Below are positions 19,515-30,277 of a stretch of 64,000 nt of DNA, piece by piece. Source of the stretch: Escherichia phage CJY920; the sequence record PQ349265.1, one strand, 5' to 3'. The notes beneath the pieces are model-generated. The model was not told the DNA's origin. It made no database searches and saw nothing but the letters and a program-made list of their open reading frames with translations. Position 1 is the stretch's first letter; every line of letters begins with the position of its first letter. A program made the position numbers and the translations under genes.

Positions 19515-19701
19515 CATTAACGATGAATTCATAGCAAATATTGATTACACCGAAGAAGATTCTAGATATGTTGGAATAATTTATATCACATCAAAAGCAG
19601 CACAAGGTGTTGTTTGCATGGCTGAATTTGATGAATACTTTTTAGATTATGATGATATGATAGAATGGTCTAAAAGATACATTAAAAGGAATCTTTTGTG
19701 A
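19486..19701 (+). CDS. hypothetical protein (about 71 aa, start uncertain)
   Basis: track ORF 19438..19701 trimmed to internal ATG. Confidence 0.4.
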   Translation: MHTVKFSTFDINDEFIANIDYTEEDSRYVGIIYITSKAAQGVVCMAEFDEYFLDYDDMIEWSKRYIKRNLL

Positions 19702-21380
19702 AGAATTTTAAACTTAATAGAGTAAAATATAAAAATATAATGTCAGTTGGTCAAAATGGAGTTGACATTCAATTAGATAAGGTTCAAAAAACTCTTATTA
19801 CTGGACGAAATGGCGGTGGTAAGTCTACTATGTTAGAAGCCATCACATTTGGGCTTTTTGGCAAGCCATTCCGTGATGTAAAGAAAGGTCAATTAATAAA
19901 CAGCACAAATAAGAAAGAACTTTTAGTTGAACTGTGGATGGAATATGATGAGAAAAAGTACTATATCAAAAGAGGACAAAAACCAAACGTTTTCGAAATC
20001 ACCGTTAACGGTACACGTCTTAATGAATCTGCCAGCAGTAAAGATTTCCAAGCAGAATTTGAACAGCTTATCGGAATGTCATATGCCAGTTTCAAGCAGA
20101 TTGTTGTCCTTGGTACAGCAGGGTATACCCCTTTCATGGGTTTGTCGACCCCTGCGCGAAGAAAGCTTGTGGAAGACCTGCTTGAGGTAGGAACATTAGC
20201 TGAAATGGATAAGCTTAATAAAGCACTAATACGTGAATTAAATTCACAAAACCAAGTGCTTGATGTTAAAAAAGATAGTATTATCCAACAAATTAAAATA
20301 TATAATGATAACGTTGAACGCCAGAAAAAATTAACTGGTGATAACCTTACTCGTCTGCAGAATATGTATGATGATTTGGCAAAAGAAGCTAGAACGCTAA
20401 AATCGGAAATAGAAGAAGCTAATGAAAGATTAGTTAATATTGTTTTGGATGAAGACCCGACTGATGCATTTAATAAAATCGGTCAAGAAGCATTTTTAAT
20501 TAAATCAAAAATTGACTCGTATAATAAAGTCATTAATATGTATCACGAAGGTGGATTATGTCCAACCTGTTTGTCACAATTAAGTTCCGGTGATAAAGTT
20601 GTTTCTAAAATTAAAGATAAAGTTTCTGAATGTACGCATTCATTTGAACAGCTTTCAACGCATCGTGATAATTTAAAAGTTCTTGTTGACGAATACCGAG
20701 ACAATATTAAAACCCAGCAGACGTTGGCAAATGATATTCGCAATAAAAAGCAATCTCTAATCACGACGGTAGATAAAGCTAAAAAGGTTAAAGCGGCTAT
20801 AGAAAAAGCATCATCCGAGTTTATTGACCATGCTGATGAAATAGCACTGCTTCAAGAAGAACTTGATAAAATTGTTAAAACAAAAACTAATTTAGTAATG
20901 GAAAAATACCACCGAGGAATTTTGACTGATATGCTCAAAGATTCTGGTATTAAAGGTGCTATTATTAAAAAGTACATTCCATTATTTAATAAGCAGATTA
21001 ACCATTATCTTAAAATAATGGAAGCGGATTATGTGTTTACATTAGATGAAGAATTTAATGAGACAATTAAATCCCGTGGTCGTGAAGATTTTAGTTATGC
21101 TTCATTTAGTGAAGGCGAAAAAGCACGAATTGATATTGCTCTTTTATTTACTTGGCGTGATATTGCTTCTATTGTATCTGGTGTTAGTATTAGTACATTA
21201 ATACTCGATGAAGTGTTTGATGGGTCATTTGATGCCGAAGGTATTAAAGGTGTAGCTAATATTATAAATTCAATGAAAAACACTAATGTTTTTATAATTT
21301 CGCATAAAGACCATGACCCGCAAGAATATGGTCAGCATCTTCAAATGAAGAAAGTTGGTCGGTTTACTGTAATGGTTTAA
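19698..21380 (+). CDS. 46: recombination ATPase subunit gp46 (Rad50/SbcC-like)
   Basis: 560 aa; Walker A GRNGGGKST, zinc hook CPTC, C-terminal LILDEVFD; GTG start. Confidence 0.9.
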   Translation: MKNFKLNRVKYKNIMSVGQNGVDIQLDKVQKTLITGRNGGGKSTMLEAITFGLFGKPFRDVKKGQLINSTNKKELLVELWMEYDEKKYYIKRGQKPNVFEITVNGTRLNESASSKDFQAEFEQLIGMSYASFKQIVVLGTAGYTPFMGLSTPARRKLVEDLLEVGTLAEMDKLNKALIRELNSQNQVLDVKKDSIIQQIKIYNDNVERQKKLTGDNLTRLQNMYDDLAKEARTLKSEIEEANERLVNIVLDEDPTDAFNKIGQEAFLIKSKIDSYNKVINMYHEGGLCPTCLSQLSSGDKVVSKIKDKVSECTHSFEQLSTHRDNLKVLVDEYRDNIKTQQTLANDIRNKKQSLITTVDKAKKVKAAIEKASSEFIDHADEIALLQEELDKIVKTKTNLVMEKYHRGILTDMLKDSGIKGAIIKKYIPLFNKQINHYLKIMEADYVFTLDEEFNETIKSRGREDFSYASFSEGEKARIDIALLFTWRDIASIVSGVSISTLILDEVFDGSFDAEGIKGVANIINSMKNTNVFIISHKDHDPQEYGQHLQMKKVGRFTVMV

Positions 21381-21391
21381 TTTATAAGAGA

Positions 21392-21418
21392 TTATGCTTT
21401 AATTTATTAGAGTATAAT
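21392..21418 (+). promoter_or_regulatory. candidate MotA-dependent middle promoter
   Basis: TGCTTTA box, 11 nt, TATAAT. Confidence 0.45.
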
Positions 21419-21435
21419 CTCTATGGAGGAAAAAC

Positions 21436-21624
21436 ATGGAATATTCAACTGGACAGCATCTATTAACTATTCCTGAAATAAAACGATATATTCTGAGAAA
21501 TAATTTTTCTAATGAAGAGCATATAGTTACTGAATCTATGCTTAAGAATGCATTTAAATCAGAATATACGAAAATAATGTCCAACAGAAATGAAGCTTGG
21601 ACTGTTACTGATTATTATGACTAA
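21436..21624 (+). CDS. hypothetical protein (62 aa)
   Basis: ATG after GGAGGA SD. Confidence 0.5.
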   Translation: MEYSTGQHLLTIPEIKRYILRNNFSNEEHIVTESMLKNAFKSEYTKIMSNRNEAWTVTDYYD

Positions 21625-21633
21625 AGGTGTATT

Positions 21634-22023
21634 ATGACTAAAATTACTGTGAATTATACTGTTGATGTAAAAGATATTCAGCCAAAACACGTGCGTTCTG
21701 ATTCAAATCCACAAAACCAAAATAAAATTCGTCGAGCATGGGTTTTGTCTCTTTCTGATAACGCAATGGAAGTTATTCAGAACAAAATTAAATCTGCACC
21801 TGCTCGTCATGCGTATTATGAAGCTATCGATCGTGAAGTAAGTAATAAATGGATTGAACTAATGCGCAAACATACTACAGAATCCCTAAACGCCGGTGCT
21901 AAATTTATTATGACTTCATGTGGTGAACGCCTTGAAGATGATTATTGCGGTAATGCAGATGAACGTCTAATTGTTGCTGCTCAAATTGTTGCGGAAACAA
22001 TTGCTGCTGAGTTTAATAAATGA
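21634..22023 (+). CDS. rpbA: RNA polymerase-binding protein RpbA-like
   Basis: 129 aa, position immediately upstream of gene 45 region. Confidence 0.6.
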   Translation: MTKITVNYTVDVKDIQPKHVRSDSNPQNQNKIRRAWVLSLSDNAMEVIQNKIKSAPARHAYYEAIDREVSNKWIELMRKHTTESLNAGAKFIMTSCGERLEDDYCGNADERLIVAAQIVAETIAAEFNK

Positions 22024-22907
22024 ATTTAGTATATCTTATTAGCTTTCCAGAGCGGGAAGCTAAAAATATTTTTCCGTGTTATTATATAGGTTCGAAAATT
22101 GACGCAATTTTCGATGGAACAAATATAATTGATTCAGCTGGAAAGATTTATACTGGAAGCGTGTCATCGAGTTATAGCGATGAATATTTTGAGCTTATTA
22201 AAACCACTAAATATACTGTTAAAATTTTAGCTGAAACTATATTAGATCCAAGAAAATTGGAAAGATTTTTTCAATTAAAAGTTAAAGCAAAAAGTAATAT
22301 AAAATATTTTAATAAAGCGTACGCAGATGAAAATACTTTAATTGGTGCTAAAGGATATGGAACATATAAAAATGTTTTAACTGGAAAAATTGTAAAGCTT
22401 TCGCAATCTGAAATCACGCCCGATTATGTTGGTATTCGTAAAGGTTACAAACATAGTTCTGACGTAAAATACAAAATATCTAATTCAATGAAGATTCACT
22501 GGACCGATGAGAAAAAGCTTAAACTCTCAAATAAGATGAAATTGAAATATCTTGATTGTAGTTATGCTAAAAAGTTTAGTGATATAATGAACTCAGAAAG
22601 TGTAAGATCAAAAATTTCTAAATCTCAAAAAGAATTATGGAATAATGCTGAAAGAAGACAGAGAGCTTCAATTCAAGCAACTGTTAGAAATAATTTACCG
22701 GAATTCAAATCAAAATTTAGAAAATCTAAAGCTAGAGGAACTTGGATTGAACATGAAGATGAATTAAAATCTTTATGGCATGCTTACGGAAAACCGAGTT
22801 ATAATAAATTTCGTAAAATTGCAGTAGCTAATGGGTTTAACGACGAATCTTATCAGGGTGCTGTACGGTCCTGGTCTAACTATTATGTAAATAGGAAATT
22901 GAAATGA
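22020..22907 (+). CDS. Seg-type GIY-YIG homing endonuclease
   Basis: N-terminal VYLISF...YYIGSK...YTGS GIY-YIG-like; repeated [35 protein letters not shown]-like motifs; ATGA overlaps on both sides. Confidence 0.65.
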   Translation: MNLVYLISFPEREAKNIFPCYYIGSKIDAIFDGTNIIDSAGKIYTGSVSSSYSDEYFELIKTTKYTVKILAETILDPRKLERFFQLKVKAKSNIKYFNKAYADENTLIGAKGYGTYKNVLTGKIVKLSQSEITPDYVGIRKGYKHSSDVKYKISNSMKIHWTDEKKLKLSNKMKLKYLDCSYAKKFSDIMNSESVRSKISKSQKELWNNAERRQRASIQATVRNNLPEFKSKFRKSKARGTWIEHEDELKSLWHAYGKPSYNKFRKIAVANGFNDESYQGAVRSWSNYYVNRKLK

Positions 22908-23590
22908 AATTATCTAAAGACACGCTGAATATTTTGAAAAATTTCGCTACTATTAACTCTGGTATTATGCTTAAATCCGGTCAATTTATTATGACTCGCG
23001 CGGTTAATGGTACAACTTATGCGGAAGCAAATATTTCTGACACTATTGATTTTGATGTAGCAATTTACGATTTGAACGGTTTTCTCGGTATTCTGTCTCT
23101 AGTTAATGATGATGCAGAAATTTCCCAGTCAGAAGATGGTAATATTAAAATTGCTGATGCTCGTTCAACAATTTTTTGGCCAGCAGCCGATCCGAGTACA
23201 GTAGTTGCTCCTAATAAACCAATTCCATTCCCGGTAGCATCTGTTGTTACTGAAATTAAAGCTGAAGACCTTCAACAGCTGTTGCGTGTATCTCGTGGTC
23301 TGCAGATTGATACAATTGCTATCACAGTAAAAGAAGGTAAAATCGTAATTAACGGTTTTAATAAAGTAGAAGATTCTGCTTTGACTCGTGTTAAATATTC
23401 TTTGACTCTTGGTGATTATGATGGTGAAAATACATTTAATTTCATTATCAATATGGCAAATATGAAAATGCAACCAGGAAATTATAAACTTCTGCTCTGG
23501 GCAAAAGGTAAACAAGGCGCTGCTAAATTTGAAGGTGAACACGCGAATTATGTAGTAGCTCTTGAAGCTGATTCTACCCACGATTTTTAA
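22904..23590 (+). CDS. 45: sliding clamp gp45
   Basis: 228 aa [36 protein letters not shown]...; matches remembered T4 gp45. Confidence 0.9.
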   Translation: MKLSKDTLNILKNFATINSGIMLKSGQFIMTRAVNGTTYAEANISDTIDFDVAIYDLNGFLGILSLVNDDAEISQSEDGNIKIADARSTIFWPAADPSTVVAPNKPIPFPVASVVTEIKAEDLQQLLRVSRGLQIDTIAITVKEGKIVINGFNKVEDSALTRVKYSLTLGDYDGENTFNFIINMANMKMQPGNYKLLLWAKGKQGAAKFEGEHANYVVALEADSTHDF

Positions 23591-23592
23591 TA

Positions 23593-23610
23593 GAGGGCTT
23601 CGGCCCTTTA
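23593..23610 (+). terminator. UUCG hairpin
   Basis: agggc-ttcg-gccct then ttt. Confidence 0.5.
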
Positions 23611-23641
23611 TAATTTACACTAAAACTTGAATGAGGAAATT

Positions 23642-24601
23642 ATGATTACTGTAAATGAAAAAGAACACATTCTTGAACAGAAATATCGTCCATCTACTAT
23701 CGATGAATGTATTCTTCCCGCCTTTGATAAAGAAACCTTTAAATCTATTACAAGTAAAGGTAAGATTCCACATATTATTCTTCATTCTCCTTCTCCAGGA
23801 ACAGGTAAAACAACTGTAGCAAAAGCATTGTGTCATGACGTAAATGCTGATATGATGTTTGTGAATGGGTCAGATTGTAAAATTGATTTCGTTCGTGGTC
23901 CTTTGACTAATTTTGCTAGTGCAGCTTCATTTGATGGTCGTCAAAAAGTAATCGTCATTGATGAATTTGACCGTTCAGGGTTAGCAGAGTCTCAGCGACA
24001 TCTTCGTTCCTTTATGGAAGCTTATAGTTCAAACTGCAGTATTATTATTACTGCTAACAATATTGATGGTATTATTAAACCACTTCAGTCACGCTGCCGA
24101 GTTATTACGTTCGGTCAACCGACCGATGAAGATAAAATTGAAATGATGAAGCAGATGATTCGTCGATTGACTGAAATCTGTAAGCATGAAGGAATTGCTA
24201 TAGCTGATATGAAAGTTGTAGCAGCTTTGGTTAAAAAGAATTTTCCTGATTTTCGTAAAACTATTGGCGAGCTCGATAGTTATTCATCTAAAGGTGTTTT
24301 GGATGCTGGTATTTTATCACTGGTTACTAACGATCGTGGTGCTATTGATGATGTTCTTGAATCTCTCAAAAATAAAGATGTTAAACAGCTCAGAGCTTTA
24401 GCACCAAAATATGCAGCTGATTATTCGTGGTTCGTAGGTAAACTTGCCGAAGAAATCTATACACGCGTAACTCCACAAAGTATTATTCGTATGTATGAAA
24501 TTGTTGGTGAAAATAACCAGTATCATGGAATTGCGGCTAATACGGAATTACATTTAGCATATCTTTTCATTCAATTAGCATGCGAAATGCAGTGGAAGTG
24601 A
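23642..24601 (+). CDS. 44: clamp loader large subunit gp44
   Basis: 319 aa [17 protein letters not shown]...; Walker [11 protein letters not shown]; track start trimmed to ATG. Confidence 0.9.
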   Translation: MITVNEKEHILEQKYRPSTIDECILPAFDKETFKSITSKGKIPHIILHSPSPGTGKTTVAKALCHDVNADMMFVNGSDCKIDFVRGPLTNFASAASFDGRQKVIVIDEFDRSGLAESQRHLRSFMEAYSSNCSIIITANNIDGIIKPLQSRCRVITFGQPTDEDKIEMMKQMIRRLTEICKHEGIAIADMKVVAALVKKNFPDFRKTIGELDSYSSKGVLDAGILSLVTNDRGAIDDVLESLKNKDVKQLRALAPKYAADYSWFVGKLAEEIYTRVTPQSIIRMYEIVGENNQYHGIAANTELHLAYLFIQLACEMQWK

Positions 24602-24602
24602 T

Positions 24603-25166
24603 ATGAGCTTATTTGAAGATGATATTCAATTAAACGAGCATCAAGTTGCTTGGTATTCAAAAGATTGGACAGCGGTCCAATCCGCTGCTGATTCTTTTAA
24701 AGAAAAAGCTGAAAATGAATTTTTTGAAATAATTGGAGCTATCAATAATAAAACTAAATGCTCTATTGCTCAAAAAGATTATTCAAAATACATGGTTGAG
24801 AATGCATTATCACAATTTCCGGAGTGCATGCCAGCTGTATATGCTATGAATTTAATTGGATCAGGTTTAAGCGATGAAGCCCATTTTAATTATCTGATGG
24901 CTGCTGTTCCTCGGGGTAAAAGATATGGTAAATGGGCAAAACTGGTCGAAGATTCTACCGAAGTATTGATTATTAAGTTACTTGCTAAGCGGTATCAAGT
25001 TAATACAAATGATGCAATTAACTATAAATCAATTCTTACTAAAAATGGAAAACTTCCTTTAGTATTAAAAGAACTAAAAGGTTTAGTCACGGATGATTTT
25101 TTGAAAGAAGTGACTAAGAACGTAAAAGAACAGAAACAACTCAAAAAACTAGCATTGGAATGGTAA
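24603..25166 (+). CDS. 62: clamp loader small subunit gp62
   Basis: 187 aa, immediately follows gene 44. Confidence 0.85.
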   Translation: MSLFEDDIQLNEHQVAWYSKDWTAVQSAADSFKEKAENEFFEIIGAINNKTKCSIAQKDYSKYMVENALSQFPECMPAVYAMNLIGSGLSDEAHFNYLMAAVPRGKRYGKWAKLVEDSTEVLIIKLLAKRYQVNTNDAINYKSILTKNGKLPLVLKELKGLVTDDFLKEVTKNVKEQKQLKKLALEW

Positions 25167-25167
25167 A

Positions 25168-25536
25168 ATGATTGAAATTACTCTTAAAAAACCTGAAGAT
25201 TTTCTGAAAGTTAAAGAAACTTTGACTCGTATGGGAATTGCTAATAATAAAGATAAAGTTCTGTATCAATCCTGTCATATTCTCCAGAAAAAAGGACTAT
25301 ACTATATCGTTCATTTTAAAGAAATGCTTCGTATGGATGGTCGCCAGGTTGAAATGACAGAAGAAGATGAAGTTCGTCGTGATTCGATTGCATGGCTGTT
25401 AGAAGATTGGGGACTGATTGAAATCGCTCCAGGTCAAAGAACTTTTATGAAAGATTTAACTAATAACTTCCGAGTTATTTCTTTTAAACAAAAACATGAA
25501 TGGAAACTCGTTCCTAAATATACGATTGGTAATTAA
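25168..25536 (+). CDS. regA: translational repressor RegA
   Basis: 122 aa, position between 62 and 43. Confidence 0.85.
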   Translation: MIEITLKKPEDFLKVKETLTRMGIANNKDKVLYQSCHILQKKGLYYIVHFKEMLRMDGRQVEMTEEDEVRRDSIAWLLEDWGLIEIAPGQRTFMKDLTNNFRVISFKQKHEWKLVPKYTIGN

Positions 25537-25538
25537 GC

Positions 25539-25560
25539 AAGGGGCTTCGGCCCCTTATTT
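25539..25560 (+). terminator. UUCG hairpin
   Basis: aagggg-c-ttcg-g-cccctt. Confidence 0.5.
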
Positions 25561-25575
25561 GGAGTATAATATATC

Positions 25576-25614
25576 AAGAGCCTAATAACTCGGGCTATAA
25601 ACTAAGGAATATCT
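25576..25614 (+). promoter_or_regulatory. gene 43 translational operator (autoregulatory hairpin plus SD)
   Basis: gagcctaataactcgggct hairpin then AAGGAA SD directly before gene 43 ATG, as in the T4 gp43 operator. Confidence 0.6.
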
Positions 25615-28311
25615 ATGAAAGAATTTTATATCTCTATTGAAACAGTCGGAAATAACATTGTTGAACGTTATATTGATGAAAATGGAAAGGAACGTACTCG
25701 TGAAGTAGAATATCTTCCGACTATGTTTAGACATTGTAAGGAAGAATCAAAATACAAAGACATTTACGGTAAAAACTGCGCTCCTCAAAAATTTCCATCA
25801 ATGAAAGATGCCCGAGATTGGATGAAACGAATGGAAGACATCGGTCTCGAAGCTCTCGGTATGAACGATTTTAAACTCGCTTATATCAGTGATACATATG
25901 GTTCAGAAATTGTTTATGACCGAAAATTTGTTCGTGTAGCTAACTGTGACATTGAGGTTACTGGCGATAAATTTCCTGACCCAATGAAAGCAGAATATGA
26001 AATTGATGCTATCACTCATTATGATTCAATTGACGACCGTTTTTACGTCTTTGATTTGTTGAATTCAATGTACGGTTCAGTATCAAAATGGGATGCAAAG
26101 TTAGCTGCTAAGCTTGACTGTGAAGGTGGTGATGAAGTTCCTCAAGAAATTCTTGACCGAGTAATTTATATGCCATTTGATAATGAGCGTGATATGCTCA
26201 TGGAATATATTAATCTCTGGGAACAGAAACGACCTGCTATTTTTACCGGTTGGAATATTGAGGGATTTGACGTTCCGTATATCATGAATCGTGTTAAAAT
26301 GGTTCTCGGCGAACGCAGTATGAAACGCTTCTCTCCAATCGGTCGAGTAAAATCTAAACTAATTCAAAATATGTACGGTAGCAAAGAAATTTATTCTATT
26401 GATGGCGTATCTATTCTTGATTATTTAGATTTGTACAAGAAATTCGCATTTACTAATTTGCCATCATTCTCTTTGGAATCAGTTGCTCAGCACGAAACCA
26501 AAAAAGGTAAATTACCATATGATGGTCCTATTAATAAACTTCGTGAAACTAATCATCAACGATACATTAGTTATAACATTATTGACGTAGAATCAGTTCA
26601 AGCAATTGATAAAATTCGTGGGTTTATCGATCTAGTTTTAAGTATGTCTTATTACGCTAAAATGCCTTTTTCTGGTGTAATGAGTCCTATTAAAACTTGG
26701 GATGCTATTATTTTTAACTCACTGAAAGGTGAACATAAGGTTATTCCTCAACAAGGTTCGCACGTTAAACAGAGTTTTCCAGGTGCATTTGTGTTTGAAC
26801 CTAAACCGATTGCCCGTCGATACATTATGAGTTTTGACTTGACGTCTCTGTATCCTAGCATTATTCGTCAGGTTAACATTAGTCCTGAGACTATTCGTGG
26901 ACAGTTCAAAGTTCATCCAATTCATGAATACATCGCAGGAACAGCTCCTAAGCCAAGTGATGAGTATTCATGTTCTCCGAATGGATGGATGTATGATAAG
27001 CATCAAGAAGGTATCATTCCAAAGGAAATCGCTAAAGTATTTTTCCAACGTAAAGATTGGAAAAAGAAAATGTTCGCCGAAGAAATGAATGCCGAAGCTA
27101 TTAAAAGGATTATTATGAAAGGTGCAGGGTCTTGTTCAACTAAACCAGAAGTTGAACGATATGTTAAGTTCAATGATGATTTCTTAAATGAATTATCGAA
27201 TTACACTGAATCTGTTCTTAATAGTCTGATTGAAGAATGTGAAAAAGCAGCTACTCTTGCTAACACAAATCAGTTAAACCGTAAAATTCTTATCAACAGT
27301 CTTTATGGTGCTCTTGGTAATATTCATTTCCGTTACTATGATTTGCGAAATGCTACTGCTATCACAATTTTTGGTCAAGTCGGTATTCAGTGGATTGCTC
27401 GTAAAATTAATGAATATCTGAATAAAGTGTGTGGAACTGATGGTGAAGATTTCATTGCGGCGGGTGATACTGATTCGGTATATGTTTGTGTAGATAAAGT
27501 TATTGAAAAAGTAGGTCTTGACCGCTTTAAAGAACAAAATGATTTAGTTGAATTCATGAATCAGTTCGGTAAGAAAAAGATGGAACCTATGATTGATGTT
27601 GCATATCGTGAGTTATGTGATTATATGAATAACCGCGAGCATCTGATGCATATGGACCGTGAAGCTATTTCTTGCCCTCCACTTGGTTCAAAGGGCGTTG
27701 GTGGATTTTGGAAAGCGAAAAAGCGTTATGCTCTGAACGTTTATGATATGGAAGATAAGCGATTTGCTGAACCGCATCTAAAAATCATGGGTATGGAAAC
27801 TCAGCAGAGTTCAACACCAAAAGCAGTACAAGAAGCTCTCGAAGAAAGTATTCGTCGTATTCTTCAGGAAGGTGAAGAGTCTGTCCAAGAATACTACAAG
27901 AACTTCGAGAAAGAATATCGTCAACTTGACTATAAAGTTATTGCTGAAGTAAAAACTGCGAACGATATAGCGAAATATGATGATAAAGGTTGGCCAGGAT
28001 TTAAATGCCCGTTCCATATTCGCGGTGTGCTAACTTATCGTCGAGCTGTTAGTGGTCTGGGTGTAGCTCCAATTTTGGATGGAAATAAAGTAATGGTTCT
28101 TCCATTACGTGAAGGAAATCCATTTGGTGACAAGTGCATTGCTTGGCCATCGGGTACAGAACTTCCAAAAGAAATTCGTTCTGATGTGCTATCTTGGATT
28201 GACCACTCAACTTTGTTCCAAAAATCGTTTGTTAAACCGCTTGCGGGTATGTGTGAATCGGCTGGCATGGACTATGAAGAAAAAGCTTCGTTAGACTTCC
28301 TGTTTGGCTGA
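25615..28311 (+). CDS. 43: DNA polymerase gp43 (family B)
   Basis: 898 aa MKEFYISIETVGNNIVERYIDENGKERTRE...; exonuclease and polymerase motifs (DIE, YGDTDS). Confidence 0.95.
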   Translation: MKEFYISIETVGNNIVERYIDENGKERTREVEYLPTMFRHCKEESKYKDIYGKNCAPQKFPSMKDARDWMKRMEDIGLEALGMNDFKLAYISDTYGSEIVYDRKFVRVANCDIEVTGDKFPDPMKAEYEIDAITHYDSIDDRFYVFDLLNSMYGSVSKWDAKLAAKLDCEGGDEVPQEILDRVIYMPFDNERDMLMEYINLWEQKRPAIFTGWNIEGFDVPYIMNRVKMVLGERSMKRFSPIGRVKSKLIQNMYGSKEIYSIDGVSILDYLDLYKKFAFTNLPSFSLESVAQHETKKGKLPYDGPINKLRETNHQRYISYNIIDVESVQAIDKIRGFIDLVLSMSYYAKMPFSGVMSPIKTWDAIIFNSLKGEHKVIPQQGSHVKQSFPGAFVFEPKPIARRYIMSFDLTSLYPSIIRQVNISPETIRGQFKVHPIHEYIAGTAPKPSDEYSCSPNGWMYDKHQEGIIPKEIAKVFFQRKDWKKKMFAEEMNAEAIKRIIMKGAGSCSTKPEVERYVKFNDDFLNELSNYTESVLNSLIEECEKAATLANTNQLNRKILINSLYGALGNIHFRYYDLRNATAITIFGQVGIQWIARKINEYLNKVCGTDGEDFIAAGDTDSVYVCVDKVIEKVGLDRFKEQNDLVEFMNQFGKKKMEPMIDVAYRELCDYMNNREHLMHMDREAISCPPLGSKGVGGFWKAKKRYALNVYDMEDKRFAEPHLKIMGMETQQSSTPKAVQEALEESIRRILQEGEESVQEYYKNFEKEYRQLDYKVIAEVKTANDIAKYDDKGWPGFKCPFHIRGVLTYRRAVSGLGVAPILDGNKVMVLPLREGNPFGDKCIAWPSGTELPKEIRSDVLSWIDHSTLFQKSFVKPLAGMCESAGMDYEEKASLDFLFG

Positions 28312-28323
28312 TAGAATAAATCT

Positions 28324-28346
28324 AGGGACCTCCAGGTCCCTTTTTC
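28324..28346 (+). terminator. intrinsic terminator hairpin plus T-run
   Basis: gggacc-tcca-ggtccc followed by ttttt. Confidence 0.65.
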
Positions 28347-28428
28347 ATACAAGTAATATAAATCTATACTTATGAAAAAGAGATGATTCTGGACCCTTTG
28401 GATTCCCTAAAAATTTTTTCACAAAACT

Positions 28429-28458
28429 GTTTACATCCCTGTTCTTCCATGGTACTAT
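28429..28458 (+). promoter_or_regulatory. early sigma70-type promoter
   Basis: GTTTAC -35, TACTAT -10. Confidence 0.5.
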
Positions 28459-28498
28459 ACAACTATCAACTACTGATACGGATTTGGAGAATAAAATG
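28451..28498 (+). repeat. conserved promoter-leader repeat, copy B
   Basis: ggtactatacaactatcaactactgatacggatttggagaataaaatg. Confidence 0.7.
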
Positions 28499-28732
28499 AA
28501 AATTGTTTATGGTTGCTTAGCAGTGTGTTTAGTTGCATTAGCAACTGTTCCATTTATTGATATTGAAAATGATACTCAGAATGTGATTGAATCTAATACT
28601 GTTATTCACATGAATGGTAAAGTATCAACAAAAATTGATGATAATCTTCATATGAATACTAATGGAACGCTGGGTGTTCAATTAGGTAATATCTGTGTAA
28701 GCACTACTGGAGTAATTACTACTTGTATTTGA
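28496..28732 (+). CDS. small secreted/membrane protein (78 aa)
   Basis: N-terminal signal-like hydrophobic segment; ATG after GGAG. Confidence 0.55.
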   Translation: MKIVYGCLAVCLVALATVPFIDIENDTQNVIESNTVIHMNGKVSTKIDDNLHMNTNGTLGVQLGNICVSTTGVITTCI

Positions 28733-28742
28733 GGAAATTATT

Positions 28743-29036
28743 ATGAAAATCGCTATTTTGGTTATTGCATTGGGTCTTACTGGTTGTGTAGCTCAAGGAC
28801 CGGTAGTAAATCAATCTGATGTAGGAAAAATTGTAAACTGTTCAAGCAAATTTTATAATCCTAATGTTAAGTGTTATAAAGAAGCTCCAAAACAGACAGT
28901 AGAACAAATGCAGGCGAATTTTGACGAAGCTATTCGTCCAGATGAATCTGCTCAAGCATATCGTAATTCAGATGTGATTACACGTGAAGAAAAAATTGAA
29001 AGTTACTGTGCCGAACTTTGGGCTAATTGGGCCTAA
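28743..29036 (+). CDS. putative lipoprotein (97 aa)
   Basis: signal peptide with lipobox-like LTGC. Confidence 0.55.
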   Translation: MKIAILVIALGLTGCVAQGPVVNQSDVGKIVNCSSKFYNPNVKCYKEAPKQTVEQMQANFDEAIRPDESAQAYRNSDVITREEKIESYCAELWANWA

Positions 29037-29131
29037 TAATTATCAATGGCGTACTGGTAAAAATGCTCCGATGGAGTATGTAGTAAATTCTTATAATTCA
29101 TGCGTAAAAAATTTGACTAAGTGAGGAAAAC

Positions 29132-29383
29132 ATGGAAACTTTAGTAGCAGGTTCAATTTTTATGGTTTTAGTTTCAGGTGTGTTGGCTATTATTATATAC
29201 ATGCTTCCATGGTTTATCGCCTTGATGCGTGGGTCAAAATCGACAGTAGGAATCTTTTTCACATCTTTACTGTTTAACTGGTCAATCATTGGTTGGTTTA
29301 TTACATTTATTTGGTCAATTGCTGGTGAAACTAAAAAATCTGTACAACAAAATCAAGTAATTATCATCAGAGAGAAGGAATGA
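29132..29383 (+). CDS. imm: superinfection immunity membrane protein Imm-like
   Basis: 83 aa, two hydrophobic segments, position between 43 and 42. Confidence 0.65.
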   Translation: METLVAGSIFMVLVSGVLAIIIYMLPWFIALMRGSKSTVGIFFTSLLFNWSIIGWFITFIWSIAGETKKSVQQNQVIIIREKE

Positions 29384-29529
29384 AAAGCAAAATTATAGCA
29401 GTGTTGCTTTTAATCTTGATGATTATAATAAGTATATACTATAGTGTAACGGTTCCTCTTATGATTCCAACGCTTATTATAGGGTGGAGTTTATTACTGT
29501 TACAAGTTAAATATGAATGTATCAATTGA
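29380..29529 (+). CDS. small hydrophobic protein (49 aa)
   Basis: short ORF, ATGA overlap. Confidence 0.35.
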   Translation: MKSKIIAVLLLILMIIISIYYSVTVPLMIPTLIIGWSLLLLQVKYECIN

Positions 29530-29536
29530 GGTTTAA

Positions 29537-30277
29537 ATGATTAATGACTCTATGACAGTTGAAGAAATCCGTCTTCATTTGGGAATTGCATTAAAGGAAA
29601 AAGATTTCGTAGTTGATAAAACTGGTGTTAAAACTATTGAAATTATTGGCGCATCATTTGTAGCAGATGAACCTTTTATTTTTGGTGCTCTTAATGATGA
29701 ATACATTCAACGTGAACTTGAATGGTATAAATCTAAAAGTTTGTTTGTTAAAGATATTCCAGGCGAAACGCCAAAGATTTGGCAACAGGTAGCATCTTCT
29801 AAAGGTGAAATTAACTCGAATTATGGTTGGGCTATCTGGTCAGAAGATAACTATGCCCAGTATGATATGTGTTTAGCTGAACTTGGTCAAAATCCTGATT
29901 CTCGCCGCGGTATCATGATTTATACTCGTCCATCCATGCAGTTTGACTACAACAAAGATGGTATGTCAGATTTCATGTGTACGAATACAGTACAGTACCT
30001 GATTCGTGATAAGAAAGTCAATGCAGTAGTTAACATGAGAAGCAATGATTGCTGGGCAGGCTATCGTAATGATTATGCATGGCAAAAATACGTATTAGAT
30101 AAATTAGTATCTGATTTGAATGCAGGCGACCCATCGCGGCAATATAAAGCAGGTTCTATTATATGGAACGTTGGAAGTCTTCATGTTTACGAAAATCAGT
30201 TTTATTTAGTTGACCATTGGTGGAAAACTGGTGAAACTCATATTGCGAAAAAAGATTATAACGGTGAGTGGAAATGA
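29537..30277 (+). CDS. 42: dCMP hydroxymethylase gp42
   Basis: 246 aa MINDSMTVEEIRLHLGIALKEKDFVVDK...; matches remembered T4 gp42. Confidence 0.9.
   Translation: MINDSMTVEEIRLHLGIALKEKDFVVDKTGVKTIEIIGASFVADEPFIFGALNDEYIQRELEWYKSKSLFVKDIPGETPKIWQQVASSKGEINSNYGWAIWSEDNYAQYDMCLAELGQNPDSRRGIMIYTRPSMQFDYNKDGMSDFMCTNTVQYLIRDKKVNAVVNMRSNDCWAGYRNDYAWQKYVLDKLVSDLNAGDPSRQYKAGSIIWNVGSLHVYENQFYLVDHWWKTGETHIAKKDYNGEWK

Noticed and set aside
23165-23581. 138-aa minus-strand ORF
   Set aside because: Lies entirely antisense within gene 45, a confidently identified + strand gene; treated as a shadow ORF.
28356-28363. TATAAATC near-match to the late promoter box (also TATATAAACA near 35571)
   Set aside because: One mismatch from the strict TATAAATA consensus and sits in an early-promoter context; not called as late promoters.
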